In this document: positions 1-7,842 of the stretch, piece by piece
How positions within the stretch are numbered: position 1 is the stretch's first letter
Layout: the number at the start of each line of letters is the position of its first letter
DNA from: an uncultured Gemmatimonadales bacterium
Lineage (GTDB): Bacteria; Gemmatimonadota; Gemmatimonadetes; Gemmatimonadales; GWC2-71-9
Direction: 5' to 3'
DNA: 64,000 nucleotides
Assembly: GCA_963828735.1 (NCBI GenBank)
Contig: CAWHFW010000005.1
Coordinates: 640,001-704,000 of the forward strand
The notes under the pieces: generated by a model
The model's database searches: none
Told to the model about the DNA's origin: nothing
What the model saw: the letters and a program-made list of their open reading frames with translations, nothing else
Position numbers and translations under genes: made by a program

Positions 1-1
1 G

Positions 2-139
2 GTGCCACGGCGGACCTGGGCGGATCCGGCAGCTTACGACGAGCAGGCGCGCAAGCTCGCCCGGATGTTTCGCGAGAACTTCGAGCAGTTCCGCGCCGGG
101 GTTTCCGATGCGGTCGCCGGGGCTGGGCCGGTGGGGTGA
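2..139 (+). CDS. pckA: Phosphoenolpyruvate carboxykinase (ATP), C-terminal end (partial at window edge)
   Basis: Hand translation [30 protein letters not shown]...GPVG* matches the PckA C-terminal PRxTW-D-YD-A-KLA-F-ENF pattern. Confidence 0.8.
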   Translation: MPRRTWADPAAYDEQARKLARMFRENFEQFRAGVSDAVAGAGPVG

Positions 140-183
140 TCTCGCGCGGTCCGGGAACCCCGACTCAGGGCTAGATTCCCTCG

Positions 184-1485
184 ATGGTCGAGCCCAAAGA
201 CCTCGAAGTCATCCGCGACCCCCTCTGGGACAACATCCGCCTCGATCGTCCGGCGCTCCTCACGCTGGACACGGCGGCCGTGCAGCGACTGCGGTACGTG
301 CGGCAGGTCGGCCACGCCTTCCTCGTCTATCCCGGCGCCACCCACACCCGGTTCGAGCACGCGCTGGGCGCCTACCACCTGACCCGGCGCGCCCTGGCGA
401 GCCTGGAGGAGCGCGGCGAGCTCGAGCGCGTGCCGGAGGACGAGTGTCTCGCGGTGCGGCTCGCCGCGCTGCTCCACGACATCGGCCATTACCCCTTCTC
501 CCACGCCCTCGAGGAGGCCGGCTTTCCGTCGCACGAGCAGCTGGGCGTCATGAAGCTGGGCCAGGGCGAGCTGGGAGCGCGGCTGGAGGAGATCGGCGGC
601 GCGTGCTACGCCGACACGCTCGGCGCGTTGATTCGCGGCCGGAGCCAGAGCGCACTCCAGGGCCTGATCTCGGGGTCGCTCGACCTCGACAAGATCGACT
701 ATCTGAGTCGCGACGCCCGCATGTGCGGCGTACCGTATGGGACGGTGGACGTGGACCGCCTGCTCGCCACGCTGACCCTGGTCGAGATCGCGCCCGGCCG
801 TTACGAGGTGGGCGTGCTGGAGAAGGGCGTGAGTGCGCTCGAATCGCTCCTGTTCGCGAAGTATCAGATGTACCGGAACGTCTATTGGCATCACGCGGTG
901 CGGTCGGCCACGTGCATGTTCAAGCGCGCGGTCCGGGGCGCGGTCGCGCGCGGCAGCATCACCGTCGCCGAGATCGCCGAGGCCACCGACGACGGCCTGA
1001 TGGAGCGCCTGATCACGCGCGACGGCAACGCGCTCGCCGCCGCCATCCGCGCTCGCCGCCTCTACAAGCGCGCGCTCGACCTGCCCGCCAGCGACGTGCC
1101 CGAGGTGCCGGAAACCTGGATCGCGGATGATCCAGCCCTGCTGGAGCGGGTCGAGGATGCGGTCGCCCGCGAGGTCGGGCTGGCCCAGGGCGAGGTGCTG
1201 TTAGACTTCCCGGAACGCTCCTCGATGCTCGGCGTCGACCTGCCGCTTCGCACTCGCGGCGGGACCGTCGAGCGCCTGACCGACGCCGGGCGTGCCGGCC
1301 AGCTCGGCCTGCCGCGCGTCGCCGACGAGCTCTACCGGAGCGCCCGTCGCCTCCGCGTCTTCGTCGGGGATACGCCGACCGGCTCGCTCCGCGGCGTGCC
1401 GGCCCTGCTCACCTGCCCCGCGGCCGAGCTACGTCAGCGGCTGGACGCGGGCAGTCCATTGCTCGAGAGGAGAAGTGCTCGATGA
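184..1485 (+). CDS. HD-domain phosphohydrolase (dNTP triphosphohydrolase/SAMHD1-like family)
   Basis: IRDP, QRLRYVRQ, YPGATHTRFEHALG, LLHDIGHYPFSH, DLDKIDYL and VYWHH motifs. Confidence 0.9.
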   Translation: MVEPKDLEVIRDPLWDNIRLDRPALLTLDTAAVQRLRYVRQVGHAFLVYPGATHTRFEHALGAYHLTRRALASLEERGELERVPEDECLAVRLAALLHDIGHYPFSHALEEAGFPSHEQLGVMKLGQGELGARLEEIGGACYADTLGALIRGRSQSALQGLISGSLDLDKIDYLSRDARMCGVPYGTVDVDRLLATLTLVEIAPGRYEVGVLEKGVSALESLLFAKYQMYRNVYWHHAVRSATCMFKRAVRGAVARGSITVAEIAEATDDGLMERLITRDGNALAAAIRARRLYKRALDLPASDVPEVPETWIADDPALLERVEDAVAREVGLAQGEVLLDFPERSSMLGVDLPLRTRGGTVERLTDAGRAGQLGLPRVADELYRSARRLRVFVGDTPTGSLRGVPALLTCPAAELRQRLDAGSPLLERRSAR

Positions 1486-1949
1486 TCACCCGCCGCAACT
1501 TCGTCGTCCAGGCCGCCGGCTTCGCGCTCGCCGCCATCGGCGCGCGTCGCCTGCTGGGGCAGCGCGCGTCGTCGCCCACCGCCATCACCGTCTACAAGAG
1601 CGCCACCTGCGTCTGCTGCGCCAAGTGGGTGGACCATCTGAGCGCCAACGGGTTCTCGCCGGCCGTGCACGACGAGGCGGACATGGACGCCATCAAGGAC
1701 GAGATGGGAGTGCCGAAAGACGTTCGCTCCTGCCACACCGCGCTCGTGGACCGTTACCAGATCGAGGGCCATGTGCCCGCCGCCGACATCCGGCGCCTGC
1801 TCAAGGAGCGTCCGGCGGTCGCGGGCCTCGCGGTACCGGGAATGCCCAAGAGCACGCCAGGCATGGCGGCTCCGGGCGAGGCCGCAGAGCCGTACGAGGT
1901 CGTGTCGTTCGCGCGGGACGGCAAGACGACGGTGTTCGCGCGCCACTGA
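1482..1949 (+). CDS. DUF411 family putative metal-binding protein with Tat-like signal
   Basis: TRRNF twin-arginine; VYKSATCVCCAKWVDHL, SCHTA, IEGHVPA, GLAVPGMP. Confidence 0.85.
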   Translation: MITRRNFVVQAAGFALAAIGARRLLGQRASSPTAITVYKSATCVCCAKWVDHLSANGFSPAVHDEADMDAIKDEMGVPKDVRSCHTALVDRYQIEGHVPAADIRRLLKERPAVAGLAVPGMPKSTPGMAAPGEAAEPYEVVSFARDGKTTVFARH

Positions 1950-1962
1950 CCGGGACCTCCCG

Positions 1963-2484
1963 ATGGCCGAAGTGGTGACGTATCGCGAGGAGTGGCGGGG
2001 CGAGTTCGAGCGGCTGAACCGCGAGTGGATCGAGACCTGGTTCACGCTCGAGCCGGCGGACCTCGAGACGTTCCGGGACCCGGCGGGCAAGATCGTGGCT
2101 CCCGGCGGCCAGGTCTTCTTCGTCCTCGAGGACGGCAAGGTGATGGGGACGTGCGCGGTGGTCCGCCACCGCTCCGACGAGCATGAGATCGCCAAGATGG
2201 CGGTGGCGCCCGAGGCGCGCGGGCGGGGCTACGGCGACCTGCTGATGGAGGCGGCGGTGGAATTCTCCCGTCGGGCGGGCGCGCGCCGGGTCGTGATCGT
2301 TTCCAACACCAAGCTCGCTCCCGCGATCCATCTCTACGAGAAGCACGGGTTCGTCCGCGTCCCCCTCGCGCCCGAGGAGCGCTACCTCCGGGCCGACATC
2401 CGGCTGGAGCGGGAGCTCATCGCGGCCGAGGGTCGCGCGTCCGGCGGCGCCGATTCGCCCACCGGCATGAGCCGATTCGGCTAG
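1963..2484 (+). CDS. GNAT family N-acetyltransferase
   Basis: FERLNREWIETWF, EIAKMAVAPEARGRGYG acetyl-CoA motif, AIHLYEKHGF; start chosen at ATG 1963. Confidence 0.85.
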   Translation: MAEVVTYREEWRGEFERLNREWIETWFTLEPADLETFRDPAGKIVAPGGQVFFVLEDGKVMGTCAVVRHRSDEHEIAKMAVAPEARGRGYGDLLMEAAVEFSRRAGARRVVIVSNTKLAPAIHLYEKHGFVRVPLAPEERYLRADIRLERELIAAEGRASGGADSPTGMSRFG

Positions 2485-2513
2485 CTGACAAGCGTCCCAG
2501 CGCCCACCACACC

Positions 2514-2576
2514 AAGCAACCGAGGGACCTGCTCTCGCCGAGTATGATTCCGGCCCGAGCGGTCCCTCGGTCGCTT
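2514..2576. terminator. Long hairpin between convergent genes (probable bidirectional terminator)
   Basis: aagcaaccgagggacc ... ggtccctcggtcgctt inverted repeat with inner gctc/gagc and gccg/cggc pairs. Confidence 0.5.
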
Positions 2577-2602
2577 CAGTTTCCGGACAGCTGGCCTCGG
2601 CC

Positions 2603-3385
2603 TCAGGTCGATCCCGCCGCCGCCGCGGCCGTCGGGTGCTCGCCCGTCGTGCTGTCCACCGAGTCGATCCGGATCACGATGGCGGTGATGTTGTCGAGGC
2701 CGCCGCGCCGGTTGGCTTCGGTCACCATGCGGTCGACCCAGTGCTGGGGTCCGCCATCCGCGCTGAGGATGCGCGTCAGCTGCTCGTCCTCCAGCATGCC
2801 CGTCAGGCCGTCGGAGGCGAGCAGGATGACGTCGCCCTCCTCGAGCGTGCCGAAGTAGATGTCCGGCACGACGTCCATGCTGGCGCCGACGCACCGGGTG
2901 ATCACGTTGCTGTACGGGTGGACGCGAGCCTGCTCGGGCGTGAGGAGTCCCGCGTCGACCTGTTCCTGCACGTACGAGTGGTCCTTGGTGAGCTGCTGGA
3001 ACTCGCCCTTCCGGAGCAGGTAGGCCCGGCTGTCCCCCACCTGGCCGATCAGATACCGCTTGGGCATGAGCACGAGCACGGTGGCGGTCGTGCCCATGCC
3101 GCGCTTGTCGTGCTCCGAGATCGTCCGCTCGAAGATCGCATCGTTGGCCGCGCGGATCGCGGTCGAGACCCGGTCGCCGGCCTGTTCGTCGCTCAGGCCG
3201 CGGACCGACCCGATCTTGTGCGAGGTGATCCGGACCGCCATCTCGCTCGCGACCTCGCCCGCGGCGTGCCCGCCCATGCCGTCCGCGACGATGAAGACCC
3301 CGCGGTCGGCGAGCATGAGGTAGTTGTCCTCGTTCCCCGAGCGAACGATGCCGATATCGGTGCGAGCGGCGCAGGTGAAGTGCAC
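2603..3385 (-). CDS. PP2C-type Ser/Thr protein phosphatase (Stp1/PrpC-like)
   Basis: RSGNED, VADGMGGHAAGEVAS, GMGTT, VGDSRAY, LASDGL, GGLDNIT; GTG start at 3385 inferred. Confidence 0.92.
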   Translation of the reverse strand: MHFTCAARTDIGIVRSGNEDNYLMLADRGVFIVADGMGGHAAGEVASEMAVRITSHKIGSVRGLSDEQAGDRVSTAIRAANDAIFERTISEHDKRGMGTTATVLVLMPKRYLIGQVGDSRAYLLRKGEFQQLTKDHSYVQEQVDAGLLTPEQARVHPYSNVITRCVGASMDVVPDIYFGTLEEGDVILLASDGLTGMLEDEQLTRILSADGGPQHWVDRMVTEANRRGGLDNITAIVIRIDSVDSTTGEHPTAAAAAGST

Positions 3386-3398
3386 GGGATCCCGTTCG

Positions 3399-4721
3399 TC
3401 AGCGCAGAAGGAAGAATGCCACGACAGCGCCGACCACAACGAGCGCCGCGATGAGCCAGGTCGGCGGCCCGCTCGGCCGCGGCGTCGCCGCCCGAATGGT
3501 GCGGCGCGGACGCAGCTCCGCGTCCGGCTCGCCCGCCGACGCCTCCTCGGCCTCGCCGCGCGGGAGCACCGCCGAGAGCACCTGCGTCCCGGACGACCGC
3601 CGGATCGGCGTGGCTTCGTCGAGCGGCTCGAACAGCACCGCCACCTCGCCGAACTTGATCGTCGCGCCCGGGCCGAGCGCGACCTCGCCCGACAGGCGCT
3701 CGCCCTCGACGAACGTACCGTTGGTCGAGCCCAGGTCGCTCAGGACCCACACGTCGTCGCGCCGTTGGAGCTTCGCGTGGGTGGTACTCACGCTCGGGTC
3801 GTTGATCACGACGTCGTTGAAGTCGGCCCGGCCGATGTTGACCACCGGCACCTTCACCGGCAGCCGGCGCCCCTTCATCGCGCCGCTGCGGACGAGGAGC
3901 GAGGCGAGCGGCGCCACCTGGGGCGTCGTCGGCGTGACCGTGGCGTTCGGCATGGGCTGCGGCATGCCAAGAAGCGTATCGGACAGCCGCGAGCCCGCGC
4001 CGGTCGGCGGCTGCGGCGCCGTCACGGGCGGGACGCTGCGGCGTCCGCGAGGCGGTGGTGGCGGGGCCGCCACATCGGCATAGAAGCGGAACTCGTCGTG
4101 GCCGATCCGGATCACGTCGGCGCGGGCCAGCAGTTGCTGCCGTCCGACGCGCTCGCCGTTCACGTAGGTCCCGTTCACGCTCAGGTCGTTGAGGACATAG
4201 CCCTCCGGCGTGGCCTGGATTTCGGCGTGACGGCGCGACACCTCGTTGCCCGTGACCACGACGTCCGACCCCGCGTCCCGGCCGAACACGAGGCTCGCGC
4301 CGGACATGGTGTACTCCCGTCCGTCGGTCAGGCAGACGATGCGGCCGCCGGAGGCGGCCGGCGTGGCCGGGGTCGAAGGACGGGGCGGGGCGAGGTCGGT
4401 GAAAGCGCCGGAGTCGAACAGTTGCGTATGGCCGGTGCGGCGGCTGTCGACGGCGAGGATCTCGTGCGCGCCGATCTGAATCTTGTCGCCGTGCAGCACG
4501 GGGGTGGGATCGACACCCAGGGCGACGCCGTTGACGATGATTTCCGCGTCCGGCCCTGCCGCCCGGAGCGCGGCGGCGCCCTGGGCGGTCCCCAGCACGA
4601 TCGCATGCCGGGGCAGGATGCCGGCGCCCTCGAGCAGGATGGCACTGCCCGGCGCGGACCCTATGATCATCTCACCGACGGGCACGGGGATTCGTGCGCC
4701 GCCGAATTCGAGCTGCATCAT
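3399..4721 (-). CDS. Membrane-anchored protein with three FHA domains
   Basis: GR..VSRRHA..NGT and GR..VSTTHA..NGT canonical FHA repeats, one degenerate N-terminal FHA, Pro-rich linkers, C-terminal hydrophobic helix. Confidence 0.88.
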   Translation of the reverse strand: MMQLEFGGARIPVPVGEMIIGSAPGSAILLEGAGILPRHAIVLGTAQGAAALRAAGPDAEIIVNGVALGVDPTPVLHGDKIQIGAHEILAVDSRRTGHTQLFDSGAFTDLAPPRPSTPATPAASGGRIVCLTDGREYTMSGASLVFGRDAGSDVVVTGNEVSRRHAEIQATPEGYVLNDLSVNGTYVNGERVGRQQLLARADVIRIGHDEFRFYADVAAPPPPPRGRRSVPPVTAPQPPTGAGSRLSDTLLGMPQPMPNATVTPTTPQVAPLASLLVRSGAMKGRRLPVKVPVVNIGRADFNDVVINDPSVSTTHAKLQRRDDVWVLSDLGSTNGTFVEGERLSGEVALGPGATIKFGEVAVLFEPLDEATPIRRSSGTQVLSAVLPRGEAEEASAGEPDAELRPRRTIRAATPRPSGPPTWLIAALVVVGAVVAFFLLR

Positions 4722-4797
4722 CGATCAAATTCCTAAGTGTAGAAACGGCCGCCGACAAACGTATCCCGCGGCCCGTAACCGCGCAAGCAAGTTCGGG

Positions 4798-6591
4798 TTA
4801 GGCAATCTTGCGCTCCTCCTGACCGCGCAGTTGGAGCTGGTACAGGCGCTCGTACAGGCCGCGCTGCGCCAGGAGCTCGCGATGGCTCCCGCGTTCCCGG
4901 ATCTCCCCATGATGGAGCACGAGAATCTCGTCCGCGTGGAGAATCGTGCTGAGCCGGTGGGCGACGACGAGACTGGTGCGGCCCGCCATCAACTCCGCGA
5001 TGGCCCGTTGAATCTGCGCTTCGGCCTCGGCATCGACCGAGCTCGTCGCCTCGTCGAGCACCAGGATCCTCGGATCGAGGGCGAGCGCCCGCGCGAAGCT
5101 CAGAAGCTGGCGCTCACCGACGCTGAGGCTTCGCCCGCGCTCCCCCAGCACGTGTTGGTAACCCGCGGGAAGCCGCTCGATGAACCGGTCCGCGCCCACG
5201 CGGTGCGCCGCCAGGTGGGCGGCCTCCGCTGTGATCGGAGCATCGAGGGTGAGATTGTGCTGCACGTCGCCCGTGAACAGAAACAGATCCTGCTGCACGA
5301 AACCAATGATGGATCGCAGGTCGGCGGTCGAGAGCTCACGGATGTCCACCCCGTCCACCGTGATCCGCCCCCGCTCGGGATCGTAGAACCGGAGCAGCAG
5401 GCTCACGATCGTGGTCTTCCCCGCCCCGGTATGACCCACCAGCGCGATCGTCTGCCCCGGCATCGCCGTGAACGATACGTCGCGCAGTACCCACGGACCG
5501 GTCGGCGAATAGCGGAACCACACCCCCTCGAACCGCACGGCGCCCCGGACGGGGCGAGAAAGCGGGACGGGCCGTTCCGGCTCGCGCACGGTCACTGGCT
5601 CGTCGAGCAGGGTGAAGACGCGCTCCGAGGAGGCCATCGCGCTCTGCAGCAGGTTGAACTTCTCCGACAGATCCTGGAGCGGCTGGAAGAAGCGCCGCGT
5701 GTACTGGATGAACGCCGCGAGGATGCCGACGGTGAGCGTCCCGTCGAGCACCCGAAGGCCGCCGTACCAGAGGAGGAGCGCCATCGCGATGGCGGTGAGC
5801 ACCTCGACCGCCGGGAAGAACACCGCGTAGATCGTGATCGAACGGAGATGCGCCTCCAGGTGATCCTGGTTGAGCGCCGCGAACCGGCGCGCCGTATCCT
5901 CTTCCCGTCCGAACAGCTGCACCACCCGCATGCCGCTCAACCGCTCCTGCAGGAAGGCATTGAGGCGGGCGAGCCGGACCCGGATGTCGCTGAAGGCCGC
6001 GCGCACCTGCCGGCGGAAGACCCGGGCGGTGAGCCAGACCAGCGGGATCACGGCGAACGTCACGAGCGCGAGCCGCCAGTCGATGGCGAGCATCATCCCC
6101 ATGATCGCGACCAGGGTGAACGCGTCGCCGAAGATGGTCACGACCCCCGAGGAGAACAGCTCGTTGAGCGTTTCCACGTCCGAGGTCACCCGGGTCATCA
6201 GCCGGCCCACCGGGTTTCGGTCGAAGTAGCCGATGCTGAGGCGCTGCAGGTGCGCGTAGATCTCCATCCGGAGGTCGTACATGACGCGTTGTCCGATGTA
6301 CGTCATGAGCAGCGTGCCCCCGTATTCGACGGTGAAGTCGAGCAGGAGCGTCGCCAGGTACAGTCCGGCCAGGAGACCGAGCAGGCCCACGTCGTGCTTG
6401 GGCACGGCCACGTCGAGCGCGTGCTCGGTGAGTCGCGGACCGACCAGGGCCAGTGCCGACTGCGACAGCAGCAGCGTGACGGCGACCCCCGTCAGCCCGC
6501 GGTACGGACGCAGGTAGCGGAGCAGGCGGCGCAGCAGCGCGCCGTCGTATCCGCGGCTACCGGCGTCCGAGTCGTCGGAGGTCTGGCTCAT
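4798..6591 (-). CDS. ABC exporter, fused permease/ATP-binding protein
   Basis: N-terminal TM domain; GHTGAGKT Walker A, LSVGERQ signature, LDEATS Walker B. Confidence 0.93.
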   Translation of the reverse strand: MSQTSDDSDAGSRGYDGALLRRLLRYLRPYRGLTGVAVTLLLSQSALALVGPRLTEHALDVAVPKHDVGLLGLLAGLYLATLLLDFTVEYGGTLLMTYIGQRVMYDLRMEIYAHLQRLSIGYFDRNPVGRLMTRVTSDVETLNELFSSGVVTIFGDAFTLVAIMGMMLAIDWRLALVTFAVIPLVWLTARVFRRQVRAAFSDIRVRLARLNAFLQERLSGMRVVQLFGREEDTARRFAALNQDHLEAHLRSITIYAVFFPAVEVLTAIAMALLLWYGGLRVLDGTLTVGILAAFIQYTRRFFQPLQDLSEKFNLLQSAMASSERVFTLLDEPVTVREPERPVPLSRPVRGAVRFEGVWFRYSPTGPWVLRDVSFTAMPGQTIALVGHTGAGKTTIVSLLLRFYDPERGRITVDGVDIRELSTADLRSIIGFVQQDLFLFTGDVQHNLTLDAPITAEAAHLAAHRVGADRFIERLPAGYQHVLGERGRSLSVGERQLLSFARALALDPRILVLDEATSSVDAEAEAQIQRAIAELMAGRTSLVVAHRLSTILHADEILVLHHGEIRERGSHRELLAQRGLYERLYQLQLRGQEERKIA

Positions 6592-6595
6592 GTCG

Positions 6596-7672
6596 CTATC
6601 CGGTCGGCTCCGGGAGCACGGTCTGGTCCACGCCCTTGAGCCCGCTGCGCACCCAGCTCGAGAACACCACGAAGCCGACGGCGAGCGTGATGTAGGTGAG
6701 GATGATTCGCCAGAGCAGGATGTAGATCGGCGTCAGCTCGCGCGGCACGTACGAGCTCATGACCGCGGCCGAGAGGACCTCGCCGATCCCCGAGGCGCCG
6801 GGCGTCGGCGCGAAGTACAGCAGGAACATCACCAACGTCTGGACCAGCAGGATGTCCACGAAGTTCGCGTGCAGTCCGAGGGTGCGGAGGGCGACGTACC
6901 CGGCGAGCAGCTTGTTCGCGTGCGAGGGAGCGGAGAGGAGCGTGGCCCACACCAGGGTCAGCCACCCGCTCGGGCTGTTGAAGGCGATGACGCTCTCGTG
7001 GATCGCGTCGATTCCCGCCTGGAGCCGCTCGAGCCGGTCCGCGACCCGCTGGCTCCGCCGCCCGACCCATACGGCGACGCGATGAATCAGGTCGCGCACG
7101 AAGCGGGGAAAGAAGATCACGATGGCCATCAGGACGCCGATGCTGGCGATGATCGTCAGGCTTCCCCGGAAGAGATCGTACAGCGAGAGGCCCAGCAGGT
7201 TGCCCCGCTGCCCCAGCGACTGCCCGGCCCCGAACAGGAGCGCGAGCGGCCCGGCGATCGCGAAGAACAGCACCGTCGCCACGAAGGTTATGAAGGTGGA
7301 GGTCACCGCGACCGGCAGCGGCACGCCGTAGCGCCGCATCGTGTACATCGTCATCGGCCCGGCGCCCGAGCTGAGCGGCGTGATGTAGCCCGCCCAGGCG
7401 CCCATGCCGCCGGCGACGATCATCCCCTTGAGCGATGGGTTCGGGAACACGTGCCGGGCCACGACCCAGTTCCGGAGTCCGCCGCCGATCCAATCCAGCG
7501 ACGCGAGCCCGACCCCGACCGGCAGCCATATCCAATGGAGCCGCCCGAGTCCCGCCACGAACGCATGGAAGTTGTTGCCGTACAGGAGAATGATCCCGAA
7601 GCCCACCAGGGAGGCCAGGACCGAGAACTCGAAGCCGCGGAGGAGAAACTTGGGGGTGAGGAGACGGGACAT
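6596..7672 (-). CDS. Lysylphosphatidylglycerol synthase TM (UPF0104/flippase-like) membrane protein
   Basis: ITPLSSGAGP, APTPGASGIGE, LLWRIILTY motifs; polytopic; ATG at 7672. Confidence 0.8.
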   Translation of the reverse strand: MSRLLTPKFLLRGFEFSVLASLVGFGIILLYGNNFHAFVAGLGRLHWIWLPVGVGLASLDWIGGGLRNWVVARHVFPNPSLKGMIVAGGMGAWAGYITPLSSGAGPMTMYTMRRYGVPLPVAVTSTFITFVATVLFFAIAGPLALLFGAGQSLGQRGNLLGLSLYDLFRGSLTIIASIGVLMAIVIFFPRFVRDLIHRVAVWVGRRSQRVADRLERLQAGIDAIHESVIAFNSPSGWLTLVWATLLSAPSHANKLLAGYVALRTLGLHANFVDILLVQTLVMFLLYFAPTPGASGIGEVLSAAVMSSYVPRELTPIYILLWRIILTYITLAVGFVVFSSWVRSGLKGVDQTVLPEPTG

Positions 7673-7842
7673 GTGAGGGCGAAAGCTAAGGGGGGCGGGA
7701 GAAGCCGGAAAAGGGTTCGAAAGGCCGAGGGACGCGACAACCCGGTTCGCAAAACGGCCGGCGTGCGCCGACACGGCGTCACGATCCAGCGGAGTGCGTC
7801 ACGTACCGAACATGCCCCGAACCCCTTATCCTTCCATCCGAC

